Positions 14,175-27,425 of a DNA stretch of 64,000 nt are shown here, piece by piece. The stretch spans positions 26,134,710 through 26,198,709 of the forward strand of contig NC_068991.1 of the NCBI RefSeq assembly GCF_001194135.2. The letters are read 5' to 3'. The DNA is from Octopus bimaculoides (taxonomy: Eukaryota). Position 1 is the stretch's first letter. Each line of letters starts with the position of its first letter. The position numbers and the translations under genes are program-made. Under the pieces are notes generated by a model that was not told the DNA's origin, searched no databases, and saw only the letters and a program-made list of their open reading frames with translations.

Positions 14175-16215
14175 TTAATGAAAAGAAAATCAAACAACTG
14201 GAGAAGTAGAATTGAAACTGAGATTGAATCATTGCGAAGGGAGATATCAATATTAACTGCGCTGATATCTGGAAATGGTGTAAGATCAAGAAAAGGCAGG
14301 AAGATCGTGAGAAAATATGGACGCTCAACAAGGGAAGAACTAATGTCAGTGAATGAAACACTCAAACAAAAAGTTCAAGCAAAAGCTCAGAGAATACGCA
14401 GATTTGAGAAAAGAATCAAATTCTACAAGCAAAATAAGATGTTCAAATCCAATGCCAAATCATTTTACAGGGAAATAGGGAAAGAAAAAATAACCATTGA
14501 AAATCCACCCCCAATGGAAGAAGTTGAAAACTTTTGGAAAGGGATCTGGAGTGATGAGAATCCACACAATGAATATGCAGACTGGATCAAACGCACCTAA
14601 GATGCCTACAAAAGCCTACCAGAACAGGTATGGGAAGACATCTCAATCGCCGACCTAAAAGGTGCCCTAACGAAGGTCCATAAGTGGAAATCCCCTAGTA
14701 CTGATAGAGTACCAAATTTCTGACTCTCATCACTCTCGTCCGCACACAAAATATTTGTAATACTATTTAATAGTATTATGAAAACCCGGTAAAACTCCCC
14801 ATTGGATAGCAAATGTTATTACTTACCTCCTCCCCAAAAATAACGAAACCAAGGACCCCAAAAAACTACCGGCCTATAACATGTTTGTCTACTACCTATG
14901 AGATTTTGACATTTATTCTTATGGGGAAAACATATACGCTTATGGAAGAGAATAACCTCTTTCCCACTGAACAAAAAGGATGCAGATGAGGCTCATACGG
15001 ATGCAAAGATCAGCTCCTAATTAATCCCGTGATCCTTGAGAACTGCCATAACAGCCGCAGAAATCTCAGCGCTGCAAGGATTGATTATAAAAAACCCTTT
15101 GACAGTATACCACATTCGTGGATTCTGAAAACGCTGGACATTTTCAAAATGTCTACTGTGATTTCAGATCTTTTAAGTATAATATGTCTCTATGGAACAC
15201 GAAGCTCCAATTATGTCATTCTAACGGATTATTGCGCTCAAACAATATTAGCATAAACTGTGGCATTTTCCAATGTGATTCACTTTCACTACTAATTTTC
15301 TGCATGACACTAATACCACTCTCAAGTGCACTAAATAGAACAGAGAATGGCTATAAAATTGACAACAGGAAAATAAGCCATGTATTTAATATGGATGATT
15401 TAAAACTATATGGCAAAGATGATGAAGAGCTTCAAGGACTACTACATACTGTGAAAAGATTCAGTGATGATTTCGGGATGGAGTTTGGCCTTGAAAAGTG
15501 TGCCAAAGCCACTTTTAAGAAAAGGAAACTGGTAAAGTCAAGTTCAATAGAATTAGATGTCGAAACAGTAATAAAAGAATTTGAGCAGGAACAAATTTAT
15601 AAATACCCAGGAATAAATGAAGGCTCTGGTATCCAACTTGCAAGCATGAAAGAGAAGGTTAGGAAGGAATGTTATAGAAGAGTTCGAGCAGTTCTGATGT
15701 CTGAGCTGAATGCATATAATAAGTTGTTAGCCATAAATTCCTTAGCAGTCCCAGTTGTTCTTTATAGCTTCAATGTGCTCAACTGGAATACCAGTGAAAT
15801 AATGAAAATTGATAGAAAAATCCGCATGCTACTGACGTGTAATAAGATGCACCATCCAAAGCCAGACGTGGATCGTCTTTGCCATCCTAGTGCTCAGGGA
15901 GGTCGAAGCTTGAACTTACGCACAAAACCATCACAATCGGACTGGCCAAATACCTTGAAACAACCAAGGATTGGATGCTGAAACTTGTTGAAAAACATGA
16001 AAGACCGAAAACCTTCACTCTATTCTGAAAGAGAGCAAACAATTCGCATCTGATTTCCTCGATACCTACCAGATTGATCAGGTTGAAGGAAATTCGCCAA
16101 CTGCTGCTGCAAAGAAAATAAAAGTAATTTCAAAGGCAAAAAGGCATAAAAACTAGCTAGGTCCAGTTGCTTTACATGGATCCAACCGTACCACAATGGC
16201 CACAACCTTAGAGAA
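14175..16215 (+). mobile_element. Second R4/Dong-clade LINE (different subfamily), truncated at both ends
   Basis: YKQNKMFKSNAKSFYRE, ENFWKGIW, IDYKKPFDSIPHSWI, GIFQCDSLSLLIF, NMDDLKLY, GMEFGLEKCAKA, AINSLAVPVVLY, MHHPKPDVDRL. Confidence 0.92.
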
Positions 16216-16544
16216 GTAATATGACAACTGTGTAACAGTTTATCAGTTTTGAGAAAAATATCAGGAAGTGCTTTATCATTAGATGTTGTCAAGACCTCAG
16301 GTCCATTTCATTATCAATTCCAATGTTGGTGAGGTGGTCTATACTGAGATCTAATATACTTATATAACTACTGTTCATGAATATAGTGCTAATATTTTAC
16401 CTATCACAATTAATGTTGAGCATTGTTTATACTACATACTGTAAAGTCTTCGGGGAGGATTCACATGTGTAGTTGAGGTGGTGAGCAGATGTTTTCTCTC
16501 AGTAATTGTGATTTTTCTACTCCCTCTTTGGATCTCCTTGAATT

Positions 16545-18480
16545 AAGACATGGGATCTCTAGGTCAACCTCCTGTTAAAAGAATCGATCTTGAACATCCT
16601 CAACTGACTACAAACTATGCATCATCTGCCAAATCAAGAAGACTGCACCCTCAGTAAGAAATCCTGCAGTAGAAACATTTCAAAATTTGTTAGGCAAATA
16701 AATACTTTGGCTGACTTGAAAGATCCAGAAGTTATTACTTTGAAAGAAAGACTTGGCAAGGACATTACTGTAGATTATTTGATAAAACAGCAAGCATTGT
16801 GCTGTAGAAAATGTTATTCCAATGCAACCAGCTCAGACCATCTGCAGAGAGAAAAGGTTAGATATGATGCAGCAATAGTAAAGAAGACAATATCACCCCT
16901 AAAACGCAAGCGCAGTCGCCCATCCATTTCACCTCCCAATGTTCAAGACCCATCAGCCTCATCCGGCTCTTTCACGAGATCAAAATCAAAATCATTCCAA
17001 AGACCTAAATGCTTCTTTTACCAAGGGAAAGAATCTGGAAATGTACATGCATGCAGCACTGAGAATATTGGGAATCAAATACCTGAAATTGTGCAGGAAA
17101 GTGATAACGACAGCTGGAAAGTAATCATACCTGTGAAAAGATATAACACCGCAATGAAAAGATATAATATAATACAAAATAATGTATGACAAAACAGTGA
17201 ATAAGCACCAGTGGAAGTTGCTTTACTGATACAAAGAAAAAAAGTAGTGTTAAAAGCATTACAGGATAAATTGAATTCTTTGCAGATTTAAAACAGTTTT
17301 TAAATGGTGTCAAAATTATGTCTACAGTAGAGTTAGAGAAGTTCTACAAAGAATACATGAATGACCACGGTATAGATATTGTAGAAATGAATCGTACAAA
17401 AGAAAACGAAAATATTAAACGCTGGAAAAATATCAAATCTTACAAGACCTTTTGCTCGAAATAAACCAATATTAATTCTTAGTGAGCACTCCTCTTCTAT
17501 AGCTGTCGAATTGGATGTAGCCAGCCAAGAGAAAGACGTGCCAAAGCTTTTTGATGTAAGCAGGCTAATAAGACATGCAATTGATAAAGTCAGATATAAC
17601 CCTTGAATCTTTAATGATTCCCTGAAGGTGGATGAAAGTTATATACCACATGAACTGCATTCATTGCTGCGTTAGATTATTGAAGGTACGAGGATTGGGA
17701 CAAGTGAAGATGGAAGAAATACAACCAATATAATGTGCCAACAAATAATCCAGGTGCAACAAATAATCCAGGTTCAGACGTCAGATAGACATATGTCAAA
17801 CAAGGCAAAATCTGATGTTTCTAAATTTCATTCTGCAACTGAAACACCACTAACATGTGGAATTTCCTTGCATTTCAACCATGCACACAGAAGCAAGAGA
17901 GAAATTGACTTTCTTCACCATACTGGAATTGGGATATATACAACAAGGTAACAAAACATATCTCACAGATTGATTGTGCAGTGAAGGACAATATGAAGAA
18001 ACATGAAGGAATATATATTCCAGGTAATCTTAGCAAGGACAAACATATTCTTGGATCACTGGACAATATTGACAGTCAGGTAGACATTGCAGATGGTAGA
18101 AACTCTTTTCATGGCACAGACATGGCTGTATACCAGGATATAGCCCATAGTAGAGAGGAGATTTTCAGTGACTCATTACATCTGAATCAATTTACTGACT
18201 TGAGATGGGTAGACGTACCCAAGTCACAACTAGATGTACAAGAGATTAACATTACTGGAAATCCCACACTTTACCAAAGTCCACATTATCCAGACTTCAA
18301 CCTAGGTTAGTATGATGAATCCAAGGCAGCAGAGGAAATTGATGGCTACTGACCAAACACTTCAATAGAGAGAAATGTAGGATCAGGAATCTAGATGATC
18401 GTGAATTGAGACACGTGCTTTTAGTGAAACTTATGAACCAACAATTGAATCTGAAGATATTGAAGTTACAGGTCTTCCTA
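16545..18480 (+). mobile_element. Remnant of a large Cys-rich DNA-transposon protein (Academ-like, tentative)
   Basis: Frameshifted motifs in order: DYKLCIICQ, CCRKCYSNAT, TRS...KCFF, HRSKREIDFLHHTGI, LDNIDSQVDIADGRNSFHGTDMAVYQ. From memory these resemble large marine-invertebrate transposase-like proteins. The superfamily assignment is unverified. Confidence 0.5.
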
Positions 18481-18784
18481 TCGTCTAGTATTACTAATAT
18501 TAAGACAAAGTTGGTTTTTAAGCATCTACTATTTCACTTAGCCTAATAATCTAGCTATAAATTAAATACCTATTAGAACTCCTCACCCCTTTTGGTTTTC
18601 CCTATAAACCTCCTTTCTGCTATATTTTGTCCATTTCCCTTCGTATATAGGTGTGTTTTTGTTTGTATTCATATCCATATGCTTGCATATACTTTTTGTT
18701 TAAACATGTGTATGCGTGTGTTTATGTTTATGGTTTATGTTTATCTATATGCATGCATCCATATGCGCACAGAGACAGACAAAT

Positions 18785-18786
18785 AG

Positions 18787-18835
<49 letters not shown>
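18785..18835. repeat. (TAGA)n microsatellite
   Basis: Direct reading. Confidence 0.97.
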
Positions 18836-19292
18836 GATAGAAATATAGACATGGATACAGCTGATGCTAAATGAGTTCAAAGTTATCTTTTCATTTACAT
18901 CTTAAAATTTTATTCAAGAAGAACTAATTAATCACCACATGAGATACCACCGATCAAAAAGAATAAAACGAATGAACTATGATGTTAATTAGAATATAAT
19001 GAAAAATATTAATATACTGCTCGTTTTAATGATAATTTGTTAAACGGTATATACTTAATCAGAGTGTTATATCACATTATTAGAATTATGGAACGGTCGG
19101 TTTATGTTTAAAAATATCAACATTTAATAATAAAGGAAAAAATTCAAAAATTCATATGCTTTTGATATATGTATATATNNNNNNNNNNNNNNNNNNNNNN
19201 NNNNNNNNNNNNNNNNNNNNNNNNNNNNNNNNNNNNNNNNNNNNNNNNNNNNNNNNNNNNNNNNNNNNNNNNNNNNNNNNNNNNNNNNNNNN

Positions 19293-19340
<48 letters not shown>

Positions 19341-19860
19341 TGTCATATATATTCATATGTATACAAACGTACACGGGCGCGCTCACACATACACACATAT
19401 ATAAAGTGATATAACGATGATGGGAAATTAATATAACGTAAGTATATCTATTAATATTAGTGGTAATTCTTTTCATATATTTAATGATTCTATGAATACA
19501 GGTTACTCGTTTATAAATTAAACAAAGTGAAAATAGAATATACTGTGAACATAAATGTATGTGAATTTTGTGTATTAAAATATTATTGCCGTTAGCCCTA
19601 ATTTTATCGACTGGCTTTAGTTACGTACTGAAAATGTTTTTTGAAAATACTTATGTCAAAACCGAGTATCGTGAATATGAATTAAGATCTTAAATAAGCA
19701 TTGGTTCTTTAGCAAATGCTTACTTCACCTAACTGCACTATAATTCTAATTTTAAGTAATGAAACGTTTTGTTAGTCATTTACGGATTAACGGATTAACT
19801 TTAGTCGTTAAAGTTATACCCTTTTTTTTCTAATCTCCGCATATGATCCCAATTATTTAA

Positions 19861-20075
19861 GGCGGCGAGCTGGCAGAAATGTTAGCACGCCGGACGAAAT
19901 GTCTAGCATTATTTCGTTTGTCTTTACGTTCTGAGTTCAAATTCCGCCGAGGTCGACTTTGCCTTTCATCCTTTCAGGGTCGATAAATTAGGTACCATGT
20001 GCGTACTGGGGTCGATCTAATCGACTGCCCCACCCCCAAACAATTGTTGGGCCTTGTGTCTAGAGTAGAAAAGAA
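19861..20075 (+). mobile_element. tRNA-derived SINE (family B), near full length
   Basis: GGCGGCGAGCTGGCAGAAATGTTAGC head and B-box-like GAGTTCAAATTCC. Homologous to 4520-4680. Confidence 0.9.
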
Positions 20076-20591
20076 TATGGTCCCAGTTATTAGGTATATA
20101 ATCAAAAATGTAACTTCATGCACTGGCTTGACTTCCACTGTCAAGGATTTAACTAATTAATATTGTTCTCTCTTCGTTGTGGAACCTCCCACAATCTCAT
20201 CGCTTGGTGTACGAGTCGCTGCATGATGAACTTTCATGTTCATACATAAATGATATTTTAAAATTTTATGAAAATCATGCAGAACATATGCTAACCTTAC
20301 AGAGTGTAGCATATATTATGTCAGAAATGCAATAATCCATTCACTTACGTATTAGAAAATGCTTGTGACATCTAATTTTCTAATCTTAAGTTCAGAATTA
20401 CAGATAATAACAATAAAAATTTGTAGTGTAAGGATGAAAGGTGTGTGTACATTCTAGAGCTACTAATGTAGATTGATGCGTATTCTATAATGGTTGAGTC
20501 ATTATGTTAGTTGCCAGTAACATCATCCAGTAAAACCCAGTTGTATTTCGATAAAGAAATTTTGGGCCCTATTTTAACTGACTGAGTGTGA

Positions 20592-20633
<42 letters not shown>

Positions 20634-21049
20634 TATGGTTTTATGTAAGTACAGAACTCTCCTACTTTCCGGAAGTAATGCGTTCCTAAAAATTTGACCG
20701 TAACACGAAATTCCTTTATGCGAAATTAGTTTTCCTATTAATGTTCATATCATCTAGTGAGATTGCGTTCCTATGGAATTTATCGAAAATAAATAAAGAA
20801 ACGCAAGTAAAGCAACAGAGATCAGGCAACATTACCACCTTCATACATGAAAATAACAATTTCGAAACATATACAATAACATGAAGACACATAAAAACAG
20901 AAAAACATTCCAAGAGGAATATATTAGGAAATTAATAAGAATCTCAATCTCGTATGAGTACGTTTTTAACCATCATTCCTCCATCATCTCTACTGCGTGA
21001 GAGATGATGGTGGAATAGTGTTACTAAGAGGATGAGGTACAATATTATT

Positions 21050-21785
21050 AATTACTTCATTAGCACGAACATCAGTTTGTGGGAGTGAATAACTTATCCA
21101 AAGATGTTTGTTATTTATGATATATCACCTCTTTGTATAGCTCAATATAGGAGCTGAGCTCATTGTAATCTCCTCTGGTAAATTTCCTTTTACACTCGCG
21201 ATTAGGATGATTATCATAAAAAATCTGCAGTTCTCCCTCTATAAATACCAGCACATTAGCAAAAATCTTTGTAGCCAATTTAAGTGGTGCAGACGGAACT
21301 TCTGTTGCTTCATCTGTATTCCCAGCTTGTTCTTTTTCTAACAGAAGCAGCTCCTCGTTAGATATAAGTTCTTCCTGGGACACTCCACCGCATCATCCTC
21401 TATGAACATTACAAATCTTACACACTCTGCAAAAGTCACAATATCTTACCGAATTTGATGTGCACTTTTTGCTTGAGAACAACTGGTGACGTCACTGATA
21501 TTGTCTTTCCATCTACTTTCCCAAGTATTATTCAGAGTTGAAGGTTTCACTTCACCCTTTGACTCAGCTTTATTATCCACATCTATTACGTTGAATTTCT
21601 TCCAGAAATCTATAACTGTAGGATTATCCTTTCTGTCAAGTTTGTTCTCATATAATATGCCTTGAATTTAGATATTACACATTAGTCTAGAGTCTGCAAC
21701 GAATAAACTGCGTTCTTGGGTTCATATTCAATCACACATTATCAGAAGGGTCGTTTAATGTTGCTGGGTGGCCCGACGCTTATAC
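21050..21785 (-). mobile_element. pogo/Tigger-type DNA transposon, transposase C-terminal remnant
   Basis: ASGHP, LLQTLD*CVISKFKAYYMR (LQPLDQGVI..FKAYY-like), VIDFWKKFNV and the ORF 21111-21383 tail QIFYDNHPNREC...SSYIELYKE. Confidence 0.8.
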
Positions 21786-22523
21786 TTCTGGCTTATGGGT
21801 ATATGTTCAATAAATACACACACATATACAAACACTCAAACACATATTCACAAACATAGTCACACACATACAGGCGCACACACTCATGCAAACACGTGTT
21901 GGAGTACAGGCTGATATTTGATGTAGTCAAAATTTGATGTGCGTTGCATTGATTTAGATGTTATTGACGGTGGGCGGATGTTGTACTGTCAAGGTGGTCA
22001 TATTGTTATTGCTAACTGTATTGTTGTTGCTCTTTAGTTTCAAGTCAATATTCATAGACCGAAGATCAAAGGCATGTGATTTAACTTTTAAAATACACTA
22101 GGATATAACATTATATGTTTCAACTTGAAATGGAATTACTTAACTTCTTTACTCTATATATTTCTGTTGCCGATGGTGGCTGTGTTTGTGTTAATTGCAG
22201 AAACACACACGCACACACATACATAGATACATACACACACACATACAAAACAACACTCGTATGCATACAGAGACGTATATTGTAGATCAATAACGTCAGT
22301 GTATAATCCTTCCAAGAATTAAGATTTAATGAATGTGGTAATATCTAAGGTATTTTTGTTCCCAAACGACACTTATTTAAGCGGGGTTCACACCGTCGGA
22401 TTGAATGGTACTGCCATAGTGATATCCGTGGGGCAGTGATGAAAGAGGTATGTTGAATTGTCGGTATGTCTGTTATTGTTGATATGTCTGTTATATTATA
22501 GATATATATTTTTTTTATTTATG

Positions 22524-22937
22524 TGTTTCAGCCAAGTGGCTGCGGTCATGCTGGAGCACCGCCTTTAGTCGAGCAAATCGACCCCAGGACTCATTCTTTG
22601 GAAGCCTAGTAGTTATTCCATCGGCCTCTGTTGCCGAACCGCTAAGTTACGGGGACGTAAACACACCAGCATCGGTTGTCAAGCGATGTGGGGGGAGGGG
22701 CAAACACAGACACACAAACATATACACACACATTCATATATNNNNNNNNNNNNNNNNNNNNNNNNNNNNNNNNNNNNNNNNNNNNNNNNNNNNNNNNNNN
22801 NNNNNNNNNNNNNNNAAGCCTTTGGTCGGCCCGAGGCTATAGTAGAAGACACTTGCCCAAGGTGCCACGCAGTGGGACAGAACCCGGAACCATGTGGTTG
22901 GTAAGCAAGCTACTTATCACACAGCCACTCCTGCGCC
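22524..22937 (-). mobile_element. tRNA-derived SINE (family A), with a gap in its internal microsatellite
   Basis: Head GGCGCAGGAGTGGCTGTG...GGTTCCGGGTTCTGTCCC on the minus strand. Homologous to 5091-5467. Confidence 0.92.
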
Positions 22938-23629
22938 ATATATATATATATATGTTAAAAAACAGCAATAATATAACAAAAACTGTTACTCAGAGTTTCA
23001 TTTTTCTGTTCGTTGGACAGTTTTGTTTAGAATGGAGCCAGATAAAGTTATATTTGAAAAGGGTGTTGTTTCATTGGTCCTTTCAACTAATGGTCTTTTC
23101 AATAACCGGTTGCATGAAATAACAAGTTGCAGTTTAAAATCATATTATTATAAACATTCGGAGAAAACCTTAACTCAAAAATAGCTTATGAAGTAGGAAC
23201 ATGGCCCGAATACCCAAAGTAAATAATTAGCTGTAAAAATAATAAATTAATACTGGAAAAGATATATCCGTGAGAAAAAAAGTTTTCACGCTAAATTACA
23301 TATACATTTAGCAATACATACACATACCAAAACAACCTATAATAACTGTCTGGTATATATAATATTAAAATGTCAAAATAAGAAAATTGCACAATAAATT
23401 AATATAACATAATTAAATGCGTGAGTGAACAATAAAAATAAACCTCGACGAAGCTTAAGCTTAAATTTGTAATATAGTCGAAGGCTTTTTAAAACGTGAA
23501 GTCGAAATATGCACTTGCATTGTAATACAAAATAACGGAGGCCGAAAACGTTGTCATTCAAGCAGCTTACAAGCATGTTGCCATGAGCAAAACACAAGCT
23601 TACGAATGATTTCGACGCTTTAGGGATGG

Positions 23630-24572
<943 letters not shown>

Positions 24573-24845
24573 TGTAAGCCCCAAATATTAAAAACATACA
24601 ATCTTCCATCGTAGGTTTTCGAAGTCCGTAGGTAAAAGAGTGGTCTAGAAATGGTCTAGGGGAAAACGTTTTCGGGTTATTTTAATATAAAGAGGGAATC
24701 AAGATGTTTTAAAAGTTGTGAAAAGAATTTTAGCAAAAACGTAATACTACTACTACTACTACTACTAATAATAATAATAATAATACAAGAAAATTACTAA
24801 CATGTCTACAAAAGAGCATTACCTAAGCTAACGTAAATAATTCTA

Positions 24846-25206
24846 CTCTTTTACTTGTTTCAGTCATTTGACTGCGGCCAAATCAACTCCAGGACTTATT
24901 TTTTGTAAGCCTAGTACTTATTCTATCGGTCTCTTTTGCCGAACCGCTAAGTTATGGGGATGTAAACACACCAGCATCGGTTGTCAAGCGACGTCGGGGG
25001 AGGGGGACAAATACACACACACATATATTTATATACATATATACGACGGACATCTTTCAGTTTCCGTCTACCAAATCCACTCACAAGGCTTTGGTCGGCC
25101 CGAGACTATAATAGAAGACACTTTCCCAAGGTGCCACGCAATGGGACTGAATCCGGAACCATGTGGTTGGTAATCAAGCTACTTACCACACAGCCACTCT
25201 TGCGCC
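24846..25206 (-). mobile_element. tRNA-derived SINE (family A)
   Basis: Homologous to the other family A copies along its length. Confidence 0.92.
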
Positions 25207-25647
25207 TAGTTAACATTCATCCAAAACATTACCGTAGGGTTCTTATGATAGTGTACTTTCAAAAATATTACAGAGAATACCACCTGTTGACCGCAATGGG
25301 ACAGGTCCAAGTTCAGTGATCTCTACAATTGTTCAATTATATTTGAACAAAGGGCAAAAGTTAAAACCTTTTCAATGCATGCGTAAAGAAAAAAGAAAAA
25401 GAAGTAAATAAGTAAAGGGTACGATGGTGAAGACTATGATTAAGTGGTACGAGGCCGCTTATGTCCTTCTGCCGCTTCTCGACATAACATAAATTAGAAA
25501 ACTAAATAGATTACTACGGTCAAATGAAAACTTATAGTTAAGGGGAGACAACTAGTACAGATATTATATAATAATTTATAAAATAGCAAAATAACTAGTA
25601 AAATAGTGTTGGATCTTACATCCTAGATAACCTTCTCCCCGTACCCT

Positions 25648-25937
25648 TTTCTTCTCTCGGCCATGTTTTTCTCTTCTATTCCCTCTCCCCTATGTTTATT
25701 TTGGACAATTTTATATTACCTCTGATGAAGCATCGTGTCCTAGTTCGAATGTCCTATGAAGATGAAAAAATATTACTTACGCAATTCTTTGTAGGCATTG
25801 ATTGGCATCGGTAGCGGAAACAGTCGTAAGTATTAAGTCACATAAATGTTATGTCATGTTTTGTATTACATAATATGCTTTAGATGTGGTCCAATTGTTT
25901 TGTTTTGTTGGTTTCAGGTTTTTTCCATTTTCTGATT
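25648..25937. repeat. Right arm of the inverted repeat pair, possibly a Penelope-type terminal repeat
   Basis: Reverse complement of 24288-24572. It contains CTGATGAAG...TGAAGATG...GGAAACAGTCG, reminiscent of Penelope terminal-repeat motifs. Confidence 0.8.
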
Positions 25938-26079
25938 ATTTCTTTTTGATTTCTGATAAATTGTTGTTTATTCTGCTGTTACTTGTTCTCTACGAGCATA
26001 ATGTGCCTGCATACCCAAAGATAACATGGGTATTATTCCAAATGAATAAAATAGTTTAAAACAATGTAGTCTTCTCATC

Positions 26080-27200
26080 AGGGAAAGAAAGAAAGAAACC
26101 AAACTCATCAATAAGAATTTTCAAGAGAATGGATGTGTATAATGATGAACGGAACGCTATGAATATTTTTTAAAAAGCCATTTGAAGATATAACGTCAAA
26201 GGTAGCCTATAGAAAGAGAAGGAGTAAAGGAAAGAAATAAGCAGAAAAGTAATAAAGGAGAAATATAGAGCGATATGTGAATCAAAATAAAAGCTTAAAG
26301 GCTTGGAAAAAGATATATCTACTGGAAGTGAAATGTAAGATGAAAATCAATGTTCAAATTATATATAATGGTAGATATCACTTATATGTTTCTGCCGATG
26401 TTTACATCGATAAGCACGCTCTATAACCGTGTTTTCAAGGGGATTCTTAGAAAATAGAATAGAAAATAGTTCACTATTACAGAGCTGGTAGAATTCTTTG
26501 CCTTTATCATATGGGAATGAAATGGAGAGAATCAACCAATCTAAATTAAATTATTTATTATGGTCTTTTAGATACCAAATTAATTTACTAACCCCTGTAC
26601 TGATGCGTTTATTACTATCCCTAAATGTAGAGTAATCATTAGAACTTCTTTTAGATAAATGAGAAGAAGAACTACCTATATAAAAAAAAGACATCGGCAC
26701 CTGAAGTAATTTTACACTGGCATATAGAGTTTTTAATCTTAGAATTACTAGACATAAATTGAATTCTGTTGGCATTGACTACAGAGACAATAACCTTGTT
26801 ATTAATATGTCTAGGGGGATGGTTAATATTAGCTAAATTAATGTTAGTATCAGTAATTTAATAGACAAATATTATGTGAGGAGATAATTTGTGAGAGATA
26901 TTTTGCATTGGAAAAACCAATCCTAGCCGTGTGCAAGTTGATAATCGAGTAATACCTAGAATTCTTTGGAAAATTCCTAATCATAGCTTCCCGAAACTGG
27001 AAAGGAAGATTAGATTTAATTTGCCTCTCATAAGGAATAATCAACGAAATAGTTTTGCTAGTAGTTGCCTTATCTTACGTTGTAAAGAAACCTTCCTCTG
27101 CTTGGTGTTGGTGTATAAATTGAAATCGAAATCGTTCATATCGTTATCACTAGATTTCATGTCTCCATTACTAAAGGTAGAATAAGGTTGAATAGAATTA
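26080..27200 (-). mobile_element. Penelope-like element, GIY-YIG region
   Basis: IIPYERQIKSNLPFQF...RNFPKN...QIISSHN, then FFYIGSSSSHLSKR...STGVSKLIWYLKD. Confidence 0.8.
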
Positions 27201-27269
27201 ATGTAGGTAACTTTTTTCTGTATAGCCTGCTTTAAATAAGGCAGAGTTATAAAATTCAGTGTTGTTGTG

Positions 27270-27425
27270 TTTATGTGCCCGTAACGTTCAGCAAAATGGC
27301 CAATAGTTTAATCACCGGGCTTAAAAAAAAAACTACATACGTAATGGGGTCGATTCGGTTGACTAATATTCTTCAAGACGGTGCCGACATCATAGCCGCT
27401 GCCTAATGACTGGAACGGGTAAAAG
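27270..27425 (+). mobile_element. Diverged SINE 3' fragment (family A-related)
   Basis: CCCGTAACGTTCAGC, GGGGTCGATTCGGTTGACT, GACGGTGCC, ATAGCCGC...TAATGACTGGAAC. Confidence 0.65.

Noticed and set aside
19861-19960. tRNA-like heads with A/B-box-like motifs
   Set aside because: They continue into SINE bodies and I could not fold them into a complete cloverleaf, so they are not called tRNA genes.
22380-22480. Possible Penelope RT C-terminal fragment (TDNSTYLFHHCP)
   Set aside because: Too short and diverged to support.
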